NCBI GenBank assembly: GCA_036555445.1
Contig: DATBLH010000011.1
Coordinates: forward strand, 30,528 to 94,527
Length of the DNA: 64,000 bases
Origin: Candidatus Limnocylindrales bacterium
GTDB taxonomy: Bacteria; Chloroflexota; Limnocylindria; Limnocylindrales; CSP1-4
Reading direction: 5' to 3'
This document shows positions 63,737 to 64,000 of this stretch, piece by piece. Below the pieces are notes generated by a model, which did not search any database, was not told the origin of the DNA, and was given only the letters and a program-made list of their open reading frames with translations. Position numbers and translations under genes: made by a program. The stretch's first letter is position 1; each line of letters begins with the position of its first letter.

Positions 63737-64000
63737 ATGCTCCGGACCGCGTCCCGCAGCCGCCCGAACACGCCGGCGGCGGGCGCCGACTCGTAGCGCA
63801 GCGGCTCACCCGCGGTGAGGGCGACCGCGCCCCAGGACAGGAGCCCCACGGCGGTGCTGTAGGCCGGATTGAGGAGGGTGTCCACGAGTCCCCCGATGTT
63901 CGACGGCGCGGAGACCCGAACCGGGATCTGGAGGACGTCCCGGCCCAGCTCGGCAACCCCCGCCAGCTGCGACGCGCCGCCGGTGAGGATGAGTCCGGCA
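63727..64000 (-). CDS. ftsA: cell division protein FtsA, C-terminal about 90 aa (5' end outside the window)
   Basis: Manual minus-strand translation from the window end: [57 protein letters not shown]...RSMFP* matches the conserved FtsA C-terminus. TAG stop at 63727-63729. Confidence 0.8.
   Translation of the reverse strand, partial: AGLILTGGASQLAGVAELGRDVLQIPVRVSAPSNIGGLVDTLLNPAYSTAVGLLSWGAVALTAGEPLRYESAPAAGVFGRLRDAVRSMFP

Overview
This window is a high-GC (about 70%), gene-dense bacterial core-chromosome region. About 60 genes are called, most of them on the minus strand. No transposase, integrase, phage gene or CRISPR array was found.

Contents from start to end:
- Genes: gatA (cut by the window edge) and gatC; a two-gene hypothetical module; ligA; DinB-like and GNAT genes; a pcrA plus FMN-dependent alpha-hydroxy-acid dehydrogenase pair; a lipoprotein and a small membrane protein; groES-groEL with a near-consensus CIRCE operator; and a metG-VOC-tatD-lipoprotein string.
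- Purine operon (16.7-29.8 kb): 11 cistrons, purA-purD-purB-purC-purS-purQ-purL-purF-purM-purN/purH, whose last ORF is an in-frame PurN-PurH fusion. A terminator-like hairpin lies in the leader in front of it.
- Genes: ssb; a GGDEF plus HD-GYP membrane protein; a CaCA antiporter; rsmI; and a split glutamine-dependent NAD synthetase (separate CN-hydrolase and nadE genes).
- Two Opp/Dpp-type ABC importer operons: they converge and end 1 nt apart. One of them carries an extra coupled lipoprotein gene.
- Genes: an ECF sigma / zinc anti-sigma pair; NUDIX-gcvT-gcvH-gcvPA-gcvPB; a His-rich Rossmann-fold protein; acnA; and tRNA-Val(CAC).
- Cell-division cluster tail: yggT, yggS, ftsZ, a yjbQ-like gene with no standard start codon wedged between ftsA and ftsZ, and the 3' end of ftsA.

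Many genes overlap by 1-4 nt (ATGA/GTGA), GTG and TTG starts are frequent, and GGAGG-type Shine-Dalgarno sites are seen. The numerous long Arg/Gly/Pro-rich ORFs antisense to conserved genes are treated as GC-content artefacts.

The most unusual items are the purN-purH fusion inside the 13-kb purine operon with its leader hairpin, the yjbQ gene between ftsA and ftsZ in a dcw tail that has FtsA but no sepF, and the small hypothetical zinc-ribbon module next to ligA.
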